Positions 60,601 to 64,000 of a DNA stretch of 64,000 nt are shown in pieces. The stretch is from IMG/VR virus record IMGVR_UViG_3300027766_000001; one strand, 5' to 3'. A program made the position numbers and the translations under genes. Below the pieces are notes generated by a model. The model was not told where the DNA came from. It saw nothing but the letters and a program-made list of their open reading frames with translations, and did not search any database. The stretch comes from a virus. Lineage: Duplodnaviria; Caudoviricetes. The first letter of the stretch is position 1, and every line of letters starts with the position of its first letter.

Positions 60601-61167
60601 GGTAAAGGTATCTATCTTACCGATTCCGATTCACCAGATGCAATTAATGCCCCGTACCCAATTCCGTATGTTTATCAGACGGGTGGTGGTTGGGCGTTGG
60701 TTGCTCGTCGCTTAGGCACCACGTTGGATTCGATCATCAACTGGAACTACGGTGACAAACTGGGTGAAGCAATTGTGCTTACCTCACATGTCGTAGAACA
60801 GGGCTGGATTCTGTACTTCACAGAAAAAGTGCCGGTGATCCTGAATGGCCGCGAAGGCACAACGGATCTGTCCTCGGTAGACCTGCGTAACATTGCAGCG
60901 TCGCCTGGGAGTAAAACGTTCTATGTCTATGTGAATGAGTCCAATGGTAAGATGACGTATGAAATCACCGTCACCGAGAAGACCCCGACCATGCAGTCGA
61001 TGTTCATCGGTACGATTGTGACGTCTGCGTCTCAGATCACCAAGATCGACATCACGAAGCGCTCGCGTATTGGTATCTATCAATTGTCGGATACGCAAAC
61101 CGGTATGTCGGTACCTGTGTCAACAGGCCTGCCATTCCAGACCGGCGACTGGTCGTGGGATTCATAA
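57658..61167 (+). CDS. long tail-fibre-like protein (N-domain, large beta-rich centre, C-domain; phiKZ gp145/146-like)
   Basis: 1169 aa; WPDIHDRPLVFPPSPHTH, HVTTKAQLGL, GILPISRWG..GSFEG and SPGSKTFYVYV. Confidence 0.7.
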   Translation: MNTPNVERYPFDYTGEALTNRVENEEHIIPPGDKNKIIALLEGCAFSDSIKLRYPSGDYLRPWIDYQPVNLYPEATKATAESCTGMVMILNEAAVGKLIAEYQLVGGQYGHNSMAVEDLLWAATKDERPVFWPDIHDRPLVFPPSPHTHDIFNETYAWDARITLVDYWVASVLEKADTDRVESILRAVDVVDEYLAMRHMHAMELLEQHADTEDAHVTTKAQLGLDKLDNLSKATLDQARAGNRADLRLTVEGASAILSDALEDYSSNLMKQGILPISRWGNLTYLQPGVSGSFEGAAQYQSHDRFVQMVEVDGTFVRLRPGSNGVDVGVYYDYMPNAITNAVTAEMVYTNNKYTPAALNQAYIPNQLMQSDGNVMMGMMVEKAALPAINTKYWVAILNGTLDHTKHNCVEVTNTQVTLSNGNKLDMNARNTSVFQLGDRLYTVTGAWDQSNYRTPGSAAQTTRLEWAVCYLELATVRASQTASLTQITGITTSSLGRSRSGNTIIVADQIAGYPGEDGIAQYNGSNKSWNAIARGWASPILRAGVNTDGTVNLTGMLVYNQNSPNNSGTGQWGFRLTFNPSSKQAVMQDNPQKHQWYDDASGEITGVLYTNGSNLTLHNVSLLPSTDGYSDYVTSPYLTYDGYIFTSVRHGSSGQNATFNIHKVNGFTNRDEVNANPAKFTYTLLRNFVDFPPYGSNNKGLLRHPQLFPNNVLFYHGKETVNMNSVSLYQQLVGSPTYAYKLLQTGSVTGYAPTNTRTYTNIPNPLREIITEIATSGAVTTHCACAGQWSPTGPSDVQPDLSTSGQADVVLSELNAQINRVVAAANVGLSNYKGSLVIPRNGSIPLMLKISGILPPDATTGVRYSYHIVTTVTYNGGRTGTISGWSANLDDMQAGIVYTGTYDLGVNNQIFGHLFYQDTDGGWLFVLGGFLQTQTVGPGAQIVLAYGKVNPNGRMGGNAFKIRGESPYGDLGSRIPIAFPGKGIYLTDSDSPDAINAPYPIPYVYQTGGGWALVARRLGTTLDSIINWNYGDKLGEAIVLTSHVVEQGWILYFTEKVPVILNGREGTTDLSSVDLRNIAASPGSKTFYVYVNESNGKMTYEITVTEKTPTMQSMFIGTIVTSASQITKIDITKRSRIGIYQLSDTQTGMSVPVSTGLPFQTGDWSWDS

Positions 61168-61170
61168 TGA

Positions 61171-61197
61171 GGGTGGGGTGATCCCACCCCACTTTTT
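61171..61197 (+). terminator. intrinsic terminator/attenuator between two fibre paralogs
   Basis: GGGTGGG/CCCACCC stem followed by TTTTT, just before the CAGGAGG RBS of the next gene. Confidence 0.6.
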
Positions 61198-61208
61198 CAG
61201 GAGGTTAC

Positions 61209-64000
61209 ATGTCCAGTTATGACGTACCAGGCTTAGAAGCTGGTTCATGGGGTGAGTTCTTCTCTGCACTGGAACACATGACCACGCGTTTGCAAAGTTC
61301 AAAGTTTAACAGCCGCGAGCAAGCAAAAGCATTGGTTGATCAGGTGCAGAAGAGCGCTATTGATAATTACAATTCTGCCATGGCCCAACTCATGCTCCAC
61401 ACGAGTGCGACTGGTGGGATCCACAACGTCGGCGCAATGACCGCAGGCTTAGGCCTGGTGGAAAATATTGCTGCCGCGACACTTGAGCAAATTTCCTCAG
61501 GCGGCTTCGATGATCTGTACATTACTGCTGACGGGTTCTCAACGTTAGCGGCCAAAGTGTTTGGTGACTTCTCAACAAAGTTACATTCACAAGGCATTAA
61601 CCCGATCTCTACGTACGGTGACCTCTCCTGGCTGCCACCTGATGTCTCCGGTTCCTTTGAAGGGGCGGGGATGGCTGGTTCCGGTAATGCCGGTGGGTTT
61701 AGCCTGATCGAAGATGACGGTACCTGGATTGGGTTGCGGCGCGGCACCAACGGGACGTCACAAGGTCTGTATTACTTCTACATGAGTAATGCTGAAGACC
61801 GCATTGACACAGCGGGCCCGGTACGCATGAACTTGCGTTACTCGCCGACTAACCGCCCCTCAGGGTTTGAGTGCCTCGACACCATCAGTTCTGATGTGGG
61901 GGTGATCGTTGGGCAGGGTTATGGACATGCAACGTACAACGGCTTTATTTCATTGACGAACGGCACCATGGATGTAACCAAGCACTATACCGGTTACTTC
62001 AATATCCAGACTGCCTTTGGTGACATCGGTGGCTGGGATCCGTTTGCCTCAGCGTGTATGGCGGGTAATTACGTTTATCTGTTTATCCCGACGTTCGCTG
62101 CAACCTCCTGGACCGTGCCAGAGGGCGCAGGGGTGTATGAATTCAAAGTCTTCCGTTGCCCTATTGCCCAAATCACGACAGGTGGTACAGTGACCTGGGA
62201 GGCAATGACGAACTGGAACTGCACCGGGTTGTGGGGTAACACCGGCGTGACACCCAATGTGCGCATTGCGTCAAACATGGTCAGTGCTAACCCGGCCAAC
62301 AAACCCTTCATGTTACACGAAGGACGTGCCTGGACTGCAACATACAGTGCGACGCACTCTGGTCGACGCACGATGTGTTGTGTGGATCCTGCAAACCCTA
62401 ACCAGATCCGTCTGGCAGTTTATCACACACTGTGGTCACAGTTGGCTAACGGCACCAGTGTCATGCCCAACATTGGTTACTCAATGCTGATCAACGTTGG
62501 CAATAAAACTGCGGCAGTGGAAGACGGGGCGGATTACATAAAACACGTATCACCGGATTCGAATACCTTATCATTCCAGTCCACTACGCTTATTCCGGCT
62601 GACAAACTCACCGGCTTCAACTATGCTGGGAACGTTTGGCCAAATACCCTGGTGACGGCACGTGGCTATATGCTGAGTCGTCTCTCAGGTAACCAGCCCG
62701 ATGAAACCAACCGGTTCACCCGCACAGAGCTGTCTAACTTTGTGAGTCGCTTTGATGCGTTGCGCGTTGGTAAACGAGTGGTGCGTCCTTTAACGAATGT
62801 GCCCGACCCGATTCGTGTGGGCTCGCAGTTTACTAACAACGCCATGAACCCGCGTATGTTACCTGGACTCAATCTGCTGTTTAACGGCACGGCGACCGCA
62901 CAGAGCGCACAGTGGACGTATGGCCGAGTCAAGCGTTTGCAATTCCTGGGCGATCCAACGTTTAACTACGGCACGATCAACTCCGGCGTGATCAAAGGCT
63001 GGGCACCTAACAGTACACGTATAGAGTTCCCGAACAACATCAGTTTTAACCAGGGTGTGTTCATTACGCGTACGGCGTCTGATGGTTCGCTTGTCTGCGA
63101 TGCGTCTGTTGCCTCCGGTCCAAGCAATCTGTCGAGTGCGGGCACCAGTATCAATAAAGACCTGACTATCTCAGGTTCGTTTAACTGGCAGCCGAATGAA
63201 GGGAACAGTATTGCGCTGAGTGCTGCTCGTCAGATCTTGGGCAAGCAGAACATCAGTCAGTACGCCTGGGTGTTGTATGTCCCGCAAGATGTGAACTTGC
63301 CGGTATTGATGGTGCTCTCAGCAACCACTGCACGTGATGATGCCATTGGTTTCCGGGCAACCATCGCATTGCTAGAACTGACTTATAATGGCGCACGTAC
63401 CGGTACAATCACAGGGTATACCCTGAAGCGTATCATCAAGTCACCAACGTGGGATCAGTTACCAGGTGGAGCGTATATCCAGTTTGAAACCATGGCCGGC
63501 ATCCAGTCGTATAAATGTGCAGATGGCACGTACATCATGTCGATCGGCGTCCCAACGGTATTAGGTGCTTATGGCGGTCAGTACGGCTGGCACTGGTATG
63601 CAGCGGTGAAACCTGGTACGAAGACGATCGAAGATAGCACGGTGAAGGAGTATAACCACGGTTACTACCCAACGTCTGCATTACCCTCTGGGTTTGTGCA
63701 CCCGAACTACGGGCTGTGCATGCTCGACTACCAGACTAACCAAGCGAACTACAGTGCGATCATGGCCATCAATGTCATGGCAGCTACCTACGACGAGTTT
63801 GTCGCGTGGCAGCCTAAGCAGAAGTTGATCATCGGGGCACAAGAAGTAGAGCAGGGTTGGATTGTGTACTTCACTGCGGATGCACCGGTGTTCTTGGCAG
63901 GGCGTGAATATACGCTTCCCGCCACGAGCATTGATCTGCGAAGCATCGACAGTTCACCTGGCAACAAAACGTTCTACGTGTATGTGCGTCTAGCGGTAAA
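61209..64000 (+). CDS. tail-fibre-like paralog lacking the N-domain, runs off the window (partial)
   Basis: Absent from the ORF track. ATG at 61209 after AGGAGG: MSSYDVPGLE...GINPISTYGDLSWLPPDVSGSFEG...; the same frame near the end reads EQGWIVYF..SPGNKTFYVYV. Both ends translated by hand; interior assumed open. Confidence 0.8.
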   Translation, partial: MSSYDVPGLEAGSWGEFFSALEHMTTRLQSSKFNSREQAKALVDQVQKSAIDNYNSAMAQLMLHTSATGGIHNVGAMTAGLGLVENIAAATLEQISSGGFDDLYITADGFSTLAAKVFGDFSTKLHSQGINPISTYGDLSWLPPDVSGSFEGAGMAGSGNAGGFSLIEDDGTWIGLRRGTNGTSQGLYYFYMSNAEDRIDTAGPVRMNLRYSPTNRPSGFECLDTISSDVGVIVGQGYGHATYNGFISLTNGTMDVTKHYTGYFNIQTAFGDIGGWDPFASACMAGNYVYLFIPTFAATSWTVPEGAGVYEFKVFRCPIAQITTGGTVTWEAMTNWNCTGLWGNTGVTPNVRIASNMVSANPANKPFMLHEGRAWTATYSATHSGRRTMCCVDPANPNQIRLAVYHTLWSQLANGTSVMPNIGYSMLINVGNKTAAVEDGADYIKHVSPDSNTLSFQSTTLIPADKLTGFNYAGNVWPNTLVTARGYMLSRLSGNQPDETNRFTRTELSNFVSRFDALRVGKRVVRPLTNVPDPIRVGSQFTNNAMNPRMLPGLNLLFNGTATAQSAQWTYGRVKRLQFLGDPTFNYGTINSGVIKGWAPNSTRIEFPNNISFNQGVFITRTASDGSLVCDASVASGPSNLSSAGTSINKDLTISGSFNWQPNEGNSIALSAARQILGKQNISQYAWVLYVPQDVNLPVLMVLSATTARDDAIGFRATIALLELTYNGARTGTITGYTLKRIIKSPTWDQLPGGAYIQFETMAGIQSYKCADGTYIMSIGVPTVLGAYGGQYGWHWYAAVKPGTKTIEDSTVKEYNHGYYPTSALPSGFVHPNYGLCMLDYQTNQANYSAIMAINVMAATYDEFVAWQPKQKLIIGAQEVEQGWIVYFTADAPVFLAGREYTLPATSIDLRSIDSSPGNKTFYVYVRLAV

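Overview
This 64 kb window is a gene-dense segment of a phiKZ-like (Chimalliviridae, nucleus-forming) jumbo myophage genome, roughly 50% GC. It covers the core morphogenesis region. Left to right: a tandem array of internal head/ejection proteins with (S/A/G)-x-E prohead-protease sites (phiKZ gp83-97-like), a large baseplate-type gene, and an inverted accessory cassette (adaptor, collagen-like fibre, fibre chaperone). Then come a neck/baseplate block (gp98-101-like), an early accessory cluster with a divergent thymidylate kinase, DnaB-like helicase, major capsid protein, a non-virion RNA polymerase beta-type subunit and a Q/P-rich protein. The right end holds the portal with a long acidic tail, baseplate adaptor paralogs, RuvC, a holin-like gene with overlapped spanins, and four modular tail-fibre-like paralogs (the last runs off the window). 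I see no tRNA, rRNA, CRISPR array, integrase, transposase, intein or reverse transcriptase. All phiKZ gp-number assignments come from recalled motifs and synteny, not from a database search. The most striking unexplained signals are: (1) a strand-specific TTATGCCG motif placed right after 3' hairpins at gene ends in place of a poly-U tract (11 exact intergenic or gene-end copies); (2) a 270-bp non-coding locus behind DnaB bracketed by two same-strand hairpins; (3) loopless AT-rich palindromes just upstream of the RBS of two highly expressed head genes; (4) an adaptor protein apparently split into N- and C-domain genes on either side of the collagen-fibre cassette.
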